From the human T2T-CHM13v2.0 reference genome, Homo sapiens: a DNA stretch of 64,000 nucleotides. The position numbers were made by a program, and so were the translations under genes. Location of the stretch: the NCBI RefSeq assembly GCF_009914755.1, contig NC_060927.1; one strand, written 5' to 3'. Under the pieces are notes generated by a model. It was not told the origin of the DNA. It made no database searches and saw only the letters and a program-made list of their open reading frames with translations. Of the stretch, positions 13,201-26,429 are shown one piece after another. Numbering within the stretch: position 1 is the stretch's first letter; every line of letters begins with the position of its first letter.

Positions 13201-14432
13201 CTCTCTTTTCTTATTTTTCTCATTAGTCTATCTAATGATTTGTAAATTTTGTTTATCTTTTCACAAAAGATTTTTGTTTTATTGATCCTTTGGATTGCTT
13301 TTCTAATCTCAATTCTGTTTACTTCTGTTCTGATTTTACTATTTTCTTCTAATTTTGAGTTTTGCTTATCCTTGCTTTTCTACTTCCTTGAGGTGCATCA
13401 TTCGGTTGTTTATTTGAAATCTTTCTAGTTCTTTGATGTAGGCATTTATTGCTATAAACTTGCCTCTTAATATAGCTTTTGCTGTATCCCATAGGTTTCA
13501 GTATGTTGTGCTTCTATTTTCGTTTGTTTCAAGTAATATTTAAATTTCATGCATAATTTCTTCCTTTATCCTTTGGTTGCTCAGAAGCATATTGTTTAAT
13601 TTCCAGGTATTTGTAAAGTTTTGAATGTTCCTCTTGTTGTTGATAATCTAGTTTTATCCCATTGTGGTCAGATAAGATACTGGATGTTATTTTGGTTTGT
13701 GAAAAAAAAATTTAGAGACTTGTTTTGTGTGCTAACATATAGCCAGTCCTGGAGAATATTCCATGTATTTATGAAAAGAATGTATATTCTGTAGCTGTTG
13801 GGTGAAATGTTCTGCAAATGTCTTTTAGGTCCATTTGGTCTATAATATAGTTTAAATCCAATGTTTCTTTGTTGTTTTTCTATCTACACGATCCGTCGAA
13901 TATTGAGAGTGGGATATTGAGTTCTCCCGCTATTATTGTATTGAGGTCTATCTCTCACTTTAGATCTAATAATATTTACTTTATATATCTGAGGGCTCCA
14001 GCATTGGGTGCATATATATGTATTTATAATTGTTATGTTCTCATGCTGAACTGATATTGTTGTTATTGTGTAATGTCTTTTTTTGCTCGTTTTTATAGCT
14101 TTTAACTTGAAATCTGTTTTGCCTGATAAGTATAGCTATTTCTAGTCCATTTTGGTTTCTGTTTGCATGGAATATTTTTCTCCATTCCTTCACTTTCAGC
14201 ACATGTGTGTCTTTACAGGTGATGTTGGCGGCCTCAAGTTGGGTCTTTTTTTTTTTAATCTAGTCTTTATCTTTTAAGTTGAGAATGTACTCAATTTGCA
14301 TTCATGGCCATTGATAGGTGAGGACTTACTCCTGTCACTTTATTGATTATTTTCTGGTTATTTCGTATATTCTTCATTCCTTAATTTCTTATTGTTTATT
14401 TTTGCAGTTGGGTGGTTTTCTACAGTTATAAG
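10265..14432 (-). mobile_element. L1MA remnant (3'UTR plus most of ORF2), degenerate
   Basis: Continuous antisense L1 similarity; ORF 12532..12816(-) reads ..[44 protein letters not shown], the L1 ORF2 reverse-transcriptase region. Confidence 0.95.
12532..12816 (-). pseudogene. L1 ORF2 reverse-transcriptase fragment (non-functional)
   Basis: Peptide matches L1 ORF2p RT motifs ([37 protein letters not shown]); bounded by frameshifts and stops. Confidence 0.9.
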
Positions 14433-14436
14433 GGTT

Positions 14437-14547
14437 GAGGTTTCACCATGTTAGCCAGGCTGGTCTCGAATTCTTGACCTCAGGTGATCCACTTGCCTTG
14501 GCCTCCTAAAGTGCTAGTATTACAGGCGTGAGCCACTGCGCCCGACC
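14437..14547 (-). mobile_element. AluS left-arm fragment, no right arm or tail
   Basis: GGTTTCACCATGTTAGCCAGGCTGGTCTCGAA...GGCGTGAGCCACTGCGCCCGACC. Confidence 0.93.
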
Positions 14548-16529
14548 TGATTTACTTTTTAATATAATTTATTAAACTATATACTGTTGATTTATAGCCA
14601 TTTGTGGGAACTTACTTTGCAGCCTATTCAGCATAAATTTTTTAAATTCACTGTATATACGTGTAAAAATGTAGATTTTCTAAATAGTGAGTATAACAGT
14701 CTACATATATGCATTATATCCAACTTCTTGATTGAGTTGTTAAAATCCTTATTTTTACTTAGAATCTGTTAATAAATGCATAGAAATTCTAAATTATTTA
14801 AATCTTTACAATAAAGTATTTCTTTTATCATTATATAGTGATATTCTTTCTGTATCATTTTTAACCTCGCAGTATACTTTGTCCAACTCAGTGTAGTTAC
14901 CTATACATTCTTTTGGGTTTTATAGACTGTTTACTGCTAGATGTTTTACTTGCTTTTCAAACCTGCTTTTTTAAATGTACTTATTCTTTCAGAATCCATT
15001 TCAATATTCATTTTAGCCTTTCAAGAATTATGAACATGGACTCTATTAGATTATTGTAGTTCTTGGGCTAATTTAGCTAATTCTCCCTTTGGCTGCTCTT
15101 ACCTCTCATGGTGGTTCACGGCCTTTTGACTTGTAGTTTGTTTTTTTTTTTTTTCTTTGGAGTCCTCTGCACCCTGGGGCCCTAGGAATTTAAATTTAAA
15201 AAAGTTATAAATTCATTTTGTTAACACAGGAAGCTGGAACTTAGTTGCATATGATCCTATGCATGTGGCACAGATGTGGTGTTTGGATTTTTTTGTGGAA
15301 GACTTTCATTGTCACCACAAAGACCCCTGACTGACAGAAATGTTCCTTGCTGCCTTAAAAAAAAAAATGGAGTTTTTGCAGTATTCCTTTTTGCGTTCAG
15401 AACAGCTGTTTGAAGGCCTAGGCTTTAATGGGCCTCAGGCCACATGTTCTGTTCTGTTTGCCTTTTATCCTAAGGAGTTATGTCTAGTTCAATATCCCTT
15501 ATGTTTCTACAGGCTTCTGGAGATTACCACTGTAGCTTAACATTCCTTTTTTATATGTCTTCTAGGGATTTTCCTTTTTTCTTTCTCAGAAACTCAGCTA
15601 GTTCTTACATGTCTTCTTAAACTTCTTTGAAGTCCTAACACCTTTTCAAAAATCCAAATTCCTGTAGATATTGTAATAGTGTTTCAAAAAACTTGGTTGG
15701 TGCCAATTTTATAACATATTCTTAGATATTAATATTTATACATACCTACTACATAATAAATATTGTGCTAGGATCTTTCACATGTCTGATTCTATTATCT
15801 TGCAGAAGTCACCTGCAAAGTATTATCCTTACCCTAAAAATGAAAAAACTTGGATTCCAAGAATTTAAGCAATAATAAATGAGCCCAGTCCCTAATGGGC
15901 CCAGCTGGAATGGGGTTTTGGTCAATCTCACTCAAGTGTATAATGTACTTTTCTGCATGACATTAAGCTTCTTCAGCCTTTTCTGTTATATAGATAAACA
16001 GGCACCAATTTCATTTAGAATATATAATAGGTGTAGAAGTACTTATGTACTTGCTGAATGTTCATCCCATGATATGAAATTAGAGAGGTCTTGCATTGCC
16101 ATGTAAAAACACGTAGTACACAGCTAGCCATGTTATAAATCTCACCTTTGCCACACCCATAAATGTCTCCAAAAACCCTTTCTACCCCATACTTTGGTGT
16201 AAAAGTGACCTATTTCCATGCATATCAGATTTTGCTGGTGTGCATGCTGAGTTTGGGGAGGATGCCTCAAAAGACATTTGGGACAGCAATGAAGAAAACT
16301 CATTGCTTATTGCCCACATAGCGTGGATATTGTGCTATGAGGCAGATCCCATTAAGAAATCAAAGCCTACCAATACATACTTTTGTACATGTCTTCATAA
16401 ACTTGTTTAAAGTCAGTAGTTGATGACATCATCGGCAGAAAAGATAGAAGCACAGGTGTTTCTTAGACTGCAGTGCCCAAATTCAAGACCAACAAGAAAA
16501 TGGCACAATGAGGATGCTATTACCCAGCC

Positions 16530-17031
16530 CTTTTGGTTGTGTGCATTAGCAATACAACTTACACTTGCTTCAGCACAAAAGACTTAATTCTTCCCTGTAG
16601 CCAAGACCTCTAAGGGGTAGATTGCACTTTACTCATGGTGGTATCCCACTCCCTCACTCTATATCTTGCCTCTGTGGTATAAGTTTTAACTTCAGGGACG
16701 TTTTCTCCATAACTAGCAAAAATGGCCCCAGACAACTCCAGGATTACCACTGTTTTTTATAGCCTTTGATGCAAGGTAAAAAAGAGACCCCTTTACTCCC
16801 CAACAGCCACATTAATGCAAAAAAATATTTTGACTTCTTCTTGAATCATAAATTCACTCCTGAGATCTGTCACCAGGAGAAGTGGGGACATTGGCTGATC
16901 AGGGTCACATACCAGTTCAGTGGCAACAGAGCTCCGGCTTCAATCATTAGAATGAGAGACAATTTCTAAAGGAAAAAGGTGTTATGTTTACAGAAGGATG
17001 ATGACCAGTCAAACGACAGGTGTCCACTACA
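16530..17031 (-). mobile_element. Old MaLR LTR (MLT1J/K-like)
   Basis: Ends in ACAGGTGTCCACTACA, an MLT1J-type terminus; diverged internal similarity. Confidence 0.55.
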
Positions 17032-18725
17032 AATTTCTACTTTGATATGGGTGCAATGATTGAGAGATTCTGGTAGTTCCATCAGTTTGAGGTACTAGTG
17101 CTTTACTTCCAGAATGCAAATTTTAGGCTGACTTCATCTATCTTAATTCAAAGTAATACAAATGTTTCCATAGACCTTGCAAATTCAAGGGAGTGGGAGG
17201 AGGCAGGTCAAGTAATACCATGACCACTACCCAGACACTTGCATGTACTAAATCACTTATGGGGCCACAGTTAGTTTGGCTTATTTCTCCTACTTACTTA
17301 CAGAGAGAAATCCTCTTTTTTGCATTTTCTTTTATCTTATTTCAGGGTTTTTCCCTGCATGGAAGTCTTAACTACTTCTTTGACCTGCGAGGCTGATTTT
17401 TAAAATCATATTACCCTTAGATTTTAAAAATCTTTTAAAATTGGTGACTGTAATTTATTCTGTACCCCTGGTCTTTAAGAAAAATCTGTTGAGTATATGC
17501 ATGTGTATATTGGAAGTGAGCACACAGAATGTCATGTGAGTATCTCAGTGCTTTCTTTCATTCATCATCTGAGGCCTGATTCTAAGAATGTTCCCTCTAA
17601 GAGAAGTGGAGAACATAATTTTACTTCAAAAATCTGTCAGTAATAATTGTACTCTTACAAATACTACAGTTCACACCAGCTTACTTACAAAAGTGTAAGT
17701 GCTATAGATTTTTATATGTGTGTATTTATTCATTAAGAGCACTCATGAAGATCAAATTGTGACTTTTTCAACAGAAAAATGGTCTCAGTTATGTGTAGTT
17801 TTCACATAGCAGTTGATACTTGGACAAAATTATGGTTGATTTTTGAATTGAGCAGAATTTGAAAGAGAGGCCCCACCAAAACATGGACTTGAGCCATTAA
17901 AAAGTAAATATTTGTAAGTAGTTCCTACAGTCTCAGTGGCCATACTGTAATGCTGTGTCAAATGTTGAGAAATGTGTGAGGATGGAGGGAGGGAGGGAAG
18001 GAGTTGAATAAGGGACAAATTAATCATCTTAAGTAGATGAGACAGTTTTTCTACTAACACTGCTTAAAATAAATAAATAAAGGCAAAAATTACAATGTCT
18101 TTAACCAAAATACATAATATAAAACCAGCTGTGGTTTTTATTTCTAAAGAAATACAGTTGCCAAGCATGAGAACATTTCAACAGTGGCTCTGCTTCAAGA
18201 ATGTGAAGGCATTCCACCTAAAGTTCTAATTTGCCCAAAGGAACAAATGACTTTTGTGAGAGGTTTTGATAAGTCCCAAGCCACTCAGCAGAGTAGCAAT
18301 GTGGATACTTTTGCCCTTATCCTTCTCAATTGTCTTCTCTCCCTCAGACAGAAAAAATGCGGGACTGGTGGGAGAGATCCATTTTACAGGCTGATGTTGG
18401 CAAGCCACCACAGTGATTGACTGTGGCCCCACCTCCTCAGAATTAAGCCAGAAGATCAGCTCTTAGCCACGTGGCACCACTTGCATTCTAACATGCTCCT
18501 TGTTCCACTGCTGTGCTGCTGATAAGAAATCAATTCAAAATAGTGTATCTAACATGCGAAATGTTGATAAATATTGTTCCATCCCATCTTTGCTAAATGC
18601 AACTCATTTGCACATGATTTTTTACTTATCTCAAGTTTCATTTTTACTTACAGCACTTTGATCATGGAAATGTGTTCACTGAATCTTATCACTACTACGC
18701 ATCCATGTGTTCCATACATCATCTA

Positions 18726-18939
18726 AACCTCTGCCCTCCAAGCTCAAGCAATTCTCCCATTTCGGCCTCCCAAGTAGCTAGGACCACAGGAACCCGCCAC
18801 CCCATGTGGCTAATTTTTTTATAGATACAGGGTTTCACCGTGTTGCCCAGGCTGGTCTCAAACACCTGGGCCCAAGTGATCCATGCACCTCAGCCTCCCA
18901 AAGTGCTGGGATTACAGGCATGAGCCACCATACCTGGCT
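18726..18939 (-). mobile_element. AluJ-like, 3'-truncated (no tail)
   Basis: Left arm and partial right arm: CTCAAGCAATTCTCCC...CAAAGTGCTGGGATTACAGGCATGAGCCACC. Confidence 0.92.
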
Positions 18940-19189
18940 TATATGTCAGATTCTTGGGACAGTGGATTTAGGGAGGTAATTTTGGTTTCATATGGGCTCC
19001 TGAAGTTAAAATGTAAAATCTGCTTCAAACATTACAACATTCACTTAACATTTATTGGGCACTCTTTCTGTAACAGCATGTGGTAAGGTGTGAAGACACA
19101 GGGCAGAGCACACTTCCCACGTTTATCAGGCTTCCTGTCAGCTTCAGGAGATAGACAAGATCGTTTACATCTCACTGTGAAACACAGAA

Positions 19190-19300
19190 CCCTGTAGATA
19201 TTTATTGTTTGGAGATGTTCACACACTGTATCCCCAGTGCTTAGAGCAGTACTTGGCACATGGGAAACTCTCATGAAAGAAGGAATGAATCAACTAATGA
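19190..19300 (+). mobile_element. L2 3' end fragment
   Basis: CTGTATCCCCAGTGCTTAGAGCAGTACTTGGCACAT...GAATGAAT. Confidence 0.7.
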
Positions 19301-19614
19301 CAGTCATACAGCCAACACACTGGGCATCATCCAGGTCAAAATGCCCTGCAGAGTTTAGTTCGCTAGGTTTAGAATGCATCCAGTTTATCTTATTTTTAGG
19401 CTAAAAATTAATTGTTTTTAGACTATAAAGTTTATAGAAAATAGAGTTGCGTAATGTTTTACATATTAAGAACCAGAAAGTCACTTAATACATTGGCATA
19501 TTTTCTATCAGCTTTTTCTATGCTACATATTTATTTGCATGTGTATATATAGTAAATATGTACATGTATACACATAAATCTATATATGTGTCACATATGT
19601 ATATAAAAGACATA

Positions 19615-19617
<3 letters not shown>

Positions 19618-19646
<29 letters not shown>
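19618..19646. repeat. (TG)n(TA)n compound microsatellite
   Basis: TGTGTGTGTGTGTGTATATATATATATAT. Confidence 0.9.
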
Positions 19647-19649
19647 GAA

Positions 19650-19820
19650 TTTGGACAAATATCTTAACCTTTTAATTGCTTTGTTTCATCATCTATAATA
19701 TAGGGATAATAAGAATATCTCAGAGTTGTTAGGGAGATCAATTGAGTTTATATATAAAATGCTTAGAAAAGCATCTGGTTCCTGGCCAATTTTATATGAA
19801 TATTTGTTATGATTATGATT
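19650..19820 (+). mobile_element. MIR fragment
   Basis: TTGGACAAATATCTTAACCT...CATCTATAATATAGGGATAATAA...AATGCTTAGAA. Confidence 0.7.
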
Positions 19821-20849
19821 ACTTTACAATAGTAAAAGATCTTCATACCTAAAGTAATTGGCCATGTAAAATTATTTGAAGAGGTGCAATATAATTTAAT
19901 TATTTCTTAATTGTTGAATATTCGGTCACTTCTGAATTTTTGGTATTATATATAATGAATGGTGGCCATCCTTGATCTTGATCCTCATAGCCTTTGCTTC
20001 GCTTTGCCCCTCTTTGTTTTATAACTCTGCTTGAATTGTTGTTCTAAGGCAAAAGATCATAATGCAAAAAAAAAAAAAAACTGCTTTTGAAATCAAGTTC
20101 ATTAGGAATAATTACAGGGTGTTTCATTTAGGAAGGAAAAGCAGAACAGCCATGCTGTTTAGGAAGGAAACATCAGACCAGCTTGGCAGGGAGAGCTCAG
20201 CATGTCAGAATGGACCTGGACCGAATGCAAGTTATTAATTTGCACTGAAATAACAATATAGTCTATTTTATTATTAAATAAAATATAATGCTGGTAATGA
20301 CAAGATGGTCCACTCTTGTTTCTACTTTTGTCAGATATATCTTAGTACTGATTTACAGTTTTGTCAGCACTGTGATATTTCATCTTATGACAGAAATAGT
20401 ACATGTAAATGTTTTAATAGGTACAACTACTGGCCTTACTAATATGTCCAAAATTTATTTGGTACCTTCTATGTGTTAGACACTCATGAAAGCAGAAAAT
20501 AAAAAGACAAAGATCTTGCCTTCAAGGATCTCATAATTACTTACAATAAAATATGATCTGTGCAAGATTGAGTATTTACTGAAGATGGATGGAAGTTACA
20601 TGGAATAAGGTAGTAAGAAAACCATTACTTGCCTGGAGGTGATATGAACAGATATACAGATAAAAGGTCACAGAAAAGGCTCATGGAAGTTTACTTCCAT
20701 TTTCACTGATGGGATCTTTATTACTGGGGCCCTATAATTTGTTGAATGATATGATTTGACAGCAGCACTGAGCTTTTTCCTGGCCATGTGATTAACCTAA
20801 GAAAACAGATTGGCCTCATCAGAGCATGCAGGTCATGCATAATAGCATA

Positions 20850-21180
20850 GAATAGGCTTTGCTGTGATAACAAATAAACTCCAGATTTTAGTAGCTGAGC
20901 CAAGAAAGTAGTTTTTCTTACCTGAAGTCTAGTACAAGTTCCTTTATGTGGAGCTTCACGGACTCAAGTTTTCTCTACCCTATTGTGCCACCATTTCAAG
21001 AGCATGAAGGTTTTGTAGGATGTTTTTAAGGGCTAAGGCAGTGATGACCACATCACTGATAGCCATATGTTATTGTCCAGGTTGTAGTCACTTGGCTTCA
21101 ACCTGATAGCATGAAACCCTGAAAAGATATTTTTCTCTGTGCTCAAAAAGAGAAAAATCAAATAGGATTTAGTGAAAATA
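20850..21180 (-). mobile_element. Old MaLR LTR fragment (MLT1I/J-like)
   Basis: GCTTTGCTGTGATAACAAATAAACTCC start resembles MLT1 termini; diverged. Confidence 0.45.
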
Positions 21181-21183
21181 CAG

Positions 21184-21525
21184 CGTTTTAGTTTGTTTTG
21201 TAGTGCTATAACAGGATAGCTGAGACTGGATAATTTATATTAAACAGATTCATTGGCTCACTATTCTGGAGGCTGAAAAGTCCAAGATCAAGAGACCAGC
21301 ATCCAGTGGTGAAAGTCATCACATGGTGGAAGGGCAGAGAGGGCTACAGCAAGGGCTGAACTTGCCCTTTTATGATGAAGCCATGATAACAGCATTAATT
21401 CATTTATTTTCATTCATGGGAGCAGAGCTCTCATGGCCTAATCACCTCTTAATGGTCTCACCTCTTAATAGTGTCACAATGACAATTTTGACATGAGTTT
21501 TGGAGGGGACATTCAAACCATAGCT
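21184..21525 (-). mobile_element. MaLR solo LTR (MST-like)
   Basis: TGCTATAACAGGATAGCTGAGACTGGATAATTTAT...CATGAGTTTTGGAGGGGACATTCAAACCATAGC. Confidence 0.85.
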
Positions 21526-21984
21526 TATGATATTGTCACTTCTGCAGTGTGACATTTAGATCCCCATGAAACTGTTCAGCCTCTACTCATTCCCAATAGT
21601 TAGCCTTTTCCAAATTTTGAGATGGTAAATGAGACAACTGAAAAGGTTAAATAGCAGTTTCATGGCATTTATTAGCTGTGAAAGTCAACTACTGGGTAGC
21701 ATTTTTTTAAGTTTTATAAAATAAAATTCTACTGCTGTGTATCTTCAAATAGTGTCAGAACAGTTCTACTTGGTTATTTTGAATTCTAATTCTCCATTCC
21801 TGTTCCTTTCAGCAGCTTTTCCTGTTTAGCCAATGGAAGTTTTGTTTTGCTAGTCTGGTAGTCATTCTTGATTCCTTTTTCCCATACCCTACATCAAATT
21901 TATAAAATTTATTCAGAATTTTGGTAAAGCTAGTGTTTCTAGTGGTTTGAGTGGTTAGATACCATACATACATATAGAAGTATG

Positions 21985-23200
21985 TTTAGTATCCAACCAC
22001 TTCTCACTGCCTCTGTTGCTACCAGTTAGTCCAGATTGCCACTTCTCTTGAATGAAATAGCCTCCTAGCTAGTCTGATCCTATACTTGCCTCACTGTTTC
22101 CACCTTTGCCTGTATCAGTTATTTATTACTGTGTAAGAAATTACACCAATACGTAGTGCTCTAAAACATTTATCATTTTATTTTTTCTGTGGGTCAAGAA
22201 TTTGGGAGTAGCTGAGCTAGTGGCTCTGCCTAAGAATTTCTCATGAAGTCACAGACAAGCTGTCAGCTAGGACTGAAGGCTTACCTGGCACTGGAGGATT
22301 GGCTTCCAAGGTGACTCGCTTAAAGTGCCAGCAAGTTAGTGCTGATTGTAGGCAGAAAGTTCCTCACTACATGGGCATCTCTAGAGGCCTGCATAAGTGC
22401 CCTCACAATGTGGTAACTGGCTTCCCAAGAGCAAATGACTTAAGAGATCGCAAGATGGAAGCCACAATATTGTTTATGACCTAGCCTTAGAAGCCACAAA
22501 CCGTCATCTCCACAATATCCTGTTGGTTGGATGGATCAGCCCAATTTAGTGTGGGAGGGGACTACACAAGAGTATGACTACTCGAAGCGGAAATCAATGA
22601 AAGCTATCTTCGAGGCTGGCTACTACGCTCCTCATGGTCTTGTCCCCACCCAGCCATCAGAGAAAACTTTGATATGCAAGTCAGATTGTATCATTTTTCT
22701 GCTGAAAACTTTTCAATGGTTTTCTATTTCACTTAGCATAAGAGTCAAAGTCCTAGGAGATCCTATATTATGCAGCCCCATTATTACCTTTCTGACTTCA
22801 TCTCCTCTCTTTGCCCCTTTCTTATGTACTCCAGTTATACTGGTGTGCTTATTGTTCCTACAAGAGGCCACTGACAATCCCACCTCAGGGCTTTTGCACT
22901 CACTGTTCCCTTTGACTGAACTGTCCTTCACCAGACAGCCAAAGGGTTCACTCTTCATTTTCTTTTGGTCTTTACTCAAATGTTGTATTATCAGAAAGAC
23001 GTTTCCTGACCACCTTATGAAATAGTGTCCCTCCAGCTTACTCTCTCTCCCTTTACATTGCTTCATTTGTATTCATAGCATATATAAGCACTGATGTTTG
23101 AGTTTGTCTCTCTCTCTAAACTCAACCAAGCTTTATAAAAACATTTTCTGTTTTGTTCATACTCTCTCAATACTTGTTAGTGTACCTTGTTTATTGTAGT
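21985..23200 (+). mobile_element. L2a fragment interrupted by an MLT1F-like LTR
   Basis: ATCCAACCACTTCTCAC...AATAGCCTCCTAGCTAGTCT before the LTR, and AAGTCAGATTGTATCA...CCCACCTCAGGGCTTTTGCACTCACTGTTCCC after it. Confidence 0.75.
22111..22626 (-). mobile_element. MaLR solo LTR (MLT1F-like)
   Basis: TGTATCAGTTATTTATTACTGTGTAA...TCTGTGGGTCAAGAATTTGGG...GAGGCTGGCTACTAC. Confidence 0.85.
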
Positions 23201-24214
23201 TTGAGCTATAAAAAATTGCAATATGATTCATCTTATAGTAGGAGATAAATACCTGTTTAACAGATATGTAGTGGATACAGTTGTGACGTTGGCTTTCAAA
23301 TAAAGAAAACTACCCATCTGTAATTGAATGGCTGTGGTATTGATTAAAAATATTTAAAGTACTTTTTTGGCATCCTATCTGGTTTCTAGTTTGGGAACAC
23401 GGAGACAGGTATTGCACAAGACTTTGCAAACTTCATTTTTTTGAGGTAAATCTGATACCTTGTTTGTATTTTTAAAGTGGTGAGGCAAACAAGTAATCAT
23501 AAAGACTTCAGTGTTTGGTTACTTCTGATTTAATGAAGGTCTATTACAAACGTTGTTATAAATCTCAGGCAATTAGGTAAAAAATAGATTTTGAACATGG
23601 GATTTTGAATCCACTCTGTTCCTCTAGTTGAGACCACTGTTACTCCAGGAGTAGACATTACACCTTAGAGTCCTGTTTGGGATGTTGCTGTTTAAAGTGC
23701 TTATTTGATTTATAAATTCACTAAATAGAACTTTTTTTAACAACAAATTTTTTATGTCCTAGAGCTCCTTATAATGAAAGCAGAAGGTCCGTGACTAAAT
23801 ATCCTCCAATGTAATATTTTGTAATAATCCACAGTATTATGTAGTCCTTTTGGTTTTCAGTCCTTTTGATATTCAGATGCTCTTTTGAATAAGAATGCGT
23901 TGCAGACAGTGATTGCAAAGAAACTTGAAAACTGTGATTTTCACTCCTGAGTTTGATTTATGCTTCAGACTTTTGGCATCTGCCAAACCCAAAAGATACA
24001 ACATGAATGCAATAATATTTAAGAAAACTTACAGCAAAGAAAAAGGCCAGGGAGCCTGCATCTTCTGATTACTATAAACAGGAAAGCAAAGGAAATTGCA
24101 ACATTTGCCCTTTGATCTTGCCCAAGTCAGTGGACATCATTGAGGAGTACCTAATTAATAAAGGATGTTATCCTAAATGTAGAACTCAATGCTAGCTACC
24201 AAAACCACACTCAT

Positions 24215-24506
<292 letters not shown>

Positions 24507-24729
24507 CATATTTTCTGAAAGTGGTGCATACAGTTTTTGGAAAACAAAAAAGAATACTTTCAAAAGTTCTAATGAGTACTGCCTTATAAGACTCAAGTAC
24601 CCACTACACAATAAATATTCTCAAAAATCATTTTCTTGATTTTGGGCTCAATGATGTTTTAATCTTCATTTTCAATTGCAACACTGAAAGCTCTGGAGCT
24701 TTGTGATACATGTTACATCTCTGTGGTGG

Positions 24730-24945
24730 AGAGAGGTCTGGACCTGGGGTCAGATGATCATAGTTTAATTCCATGCTCGCTTTATACCCACAGGGTGACC
24801 TTGGGCAAATTATGGAACATGAGCGTTGATACTATGATGATCATTGTATGCCTGACTCACAAGGTGGTTGTGGGTATGTTAAAATAAGAAAAGGTATGTG
24901 TAAGGTCTTAGCACAGCTTTTTTTGGCACATAAAAAGCTCTATAT
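24730..24945 (+). mobile_element. MIR fragment
   Basis: GGGGTCAGATGA...GTGACCTTGGGCAAATTA...CTTAGCACAG. Confidence 0.65.
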
Positions 24946-26429
24946 TCTAATGTTGAATCTTGAAGTCTCTTACAGAGATATTTGTATTTGTAGCTCTTGT
25001 AATAGGTAATCTCTACAGATTTCTTGGCCTACAAGCTGATGTCTGACTCATAACAGTGTTTCGTTTGGGCAGTTCAGAGTTTTCAGGAAGTGTGAATTTG
25101 AGTGCCTTTTGGCAGGGCTTGTACATTTTAGCAGTTTACAACAAGCCCTGCTACTCTCTATAATTTTTTATCTTGAGAGTAGAAGCCTGTCTGTTTCTCT
25201 CCTATTTACCCATTTCCTCTTGTATACAGATGACCGCTCCTCTGACTTGAATCACCATAAATTTATTTTGCCTGCTCACCTTCAGGAACTTGGCTTCTGA
25301 AATCCTAGCTGTCATATAGCTCTTAAGTACAGTTCAGTCTTGTGAGGATGATGAAAGTTCTGCCTCTGAGTAGCTACCTTATCCTTTCAGCCTCCCCAAG
25401 AGTACTGCTTAGGAGTCTTTGAATGCCTTGACAGGGAAATTGGTGTGAAATATTGGGCTCACCTCAGTAAGATTTTCTCCTTGACTGCTTAAGTCTTGGC
25501 TGCCTTGGTACTTCTCTAGTACCTTGAAACAGGATGATCATCATAATCACCATTATTTTCTCCAGTTTTTCAAGACCTTGTCAGCAAAAAATTTAGTCTG
25601 TTCCCAGTCAGTCCATTCCCAGAAACCTTCCCTATCTCCTCAACCCTGCCTGATTCACACATGTATTACCAGCCTGGCCCTTGAGACATTTAATATGGAC
25701 ATTCCCAATATAATGCAGCCAATGGCAAATATTTTGGTCATGTGAACAATGGCAACCTCTTTTGTATGCTTCACACACTGATATTTTTCATCTCCAGGTT
25801 TTCATTATGTGGAACTTTTACTAGTAACAACAACTATACTCTTTATTGGTTTTAATTTTTCAAGATCTGAGTGCTTCAAAGTTAAAAGCAATGAAATGAA
25901 GCCTATTTGCCGAAGAAGCAGAGTGACCTGCTAAGAAGTTGCTGGTCCCTTCTAAATCAGTCCCTTCTAATTTGGCTTGTCCCTCTAAATCAGTAAAGAC
26001 TAGATTTAGGCTTTGTCACAATTGCTTGGAGTCCTTGAGCAAGTCACTTAATTCTGGACATTTCTGGCTAACCAGAAAATAGTATCTCCCAAATTCTATG
26101 ACTCTTAAGAGAGAGGCCATGGGTGTGAGTGTGAAGGGTAGAATGGCTGACAGAAGATACATAGGTACTTCGTTCTATAATTTTGTGACTTAGTTAATGA
26201 AGCAGTTTTCTCTTTAAAGGTAATCATACATGTCATTTTTTTTACATTGAAAATATTCCAATAAACCACATCTACAATTCCACTTAAAGCAATCATGCCC
26301 TTACATCTCTGCTTTTATCCTCCACTGGTCTTCACAAGTAAAATGGGTAATTGTGATCGGCATAAAAATTCAGATCCCGTGAGTCCAGTAAGCAGCTCCA
26401 ACTTGAGAAAGTTGTTCTAAGATCTCTGG

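Noticed and set aside
22531-23025. Longest ORF (164 aa)
   Set aside because: Spans an MLT1F/L2 junction, has low-information composition and no recognisable domain; a chance open frame
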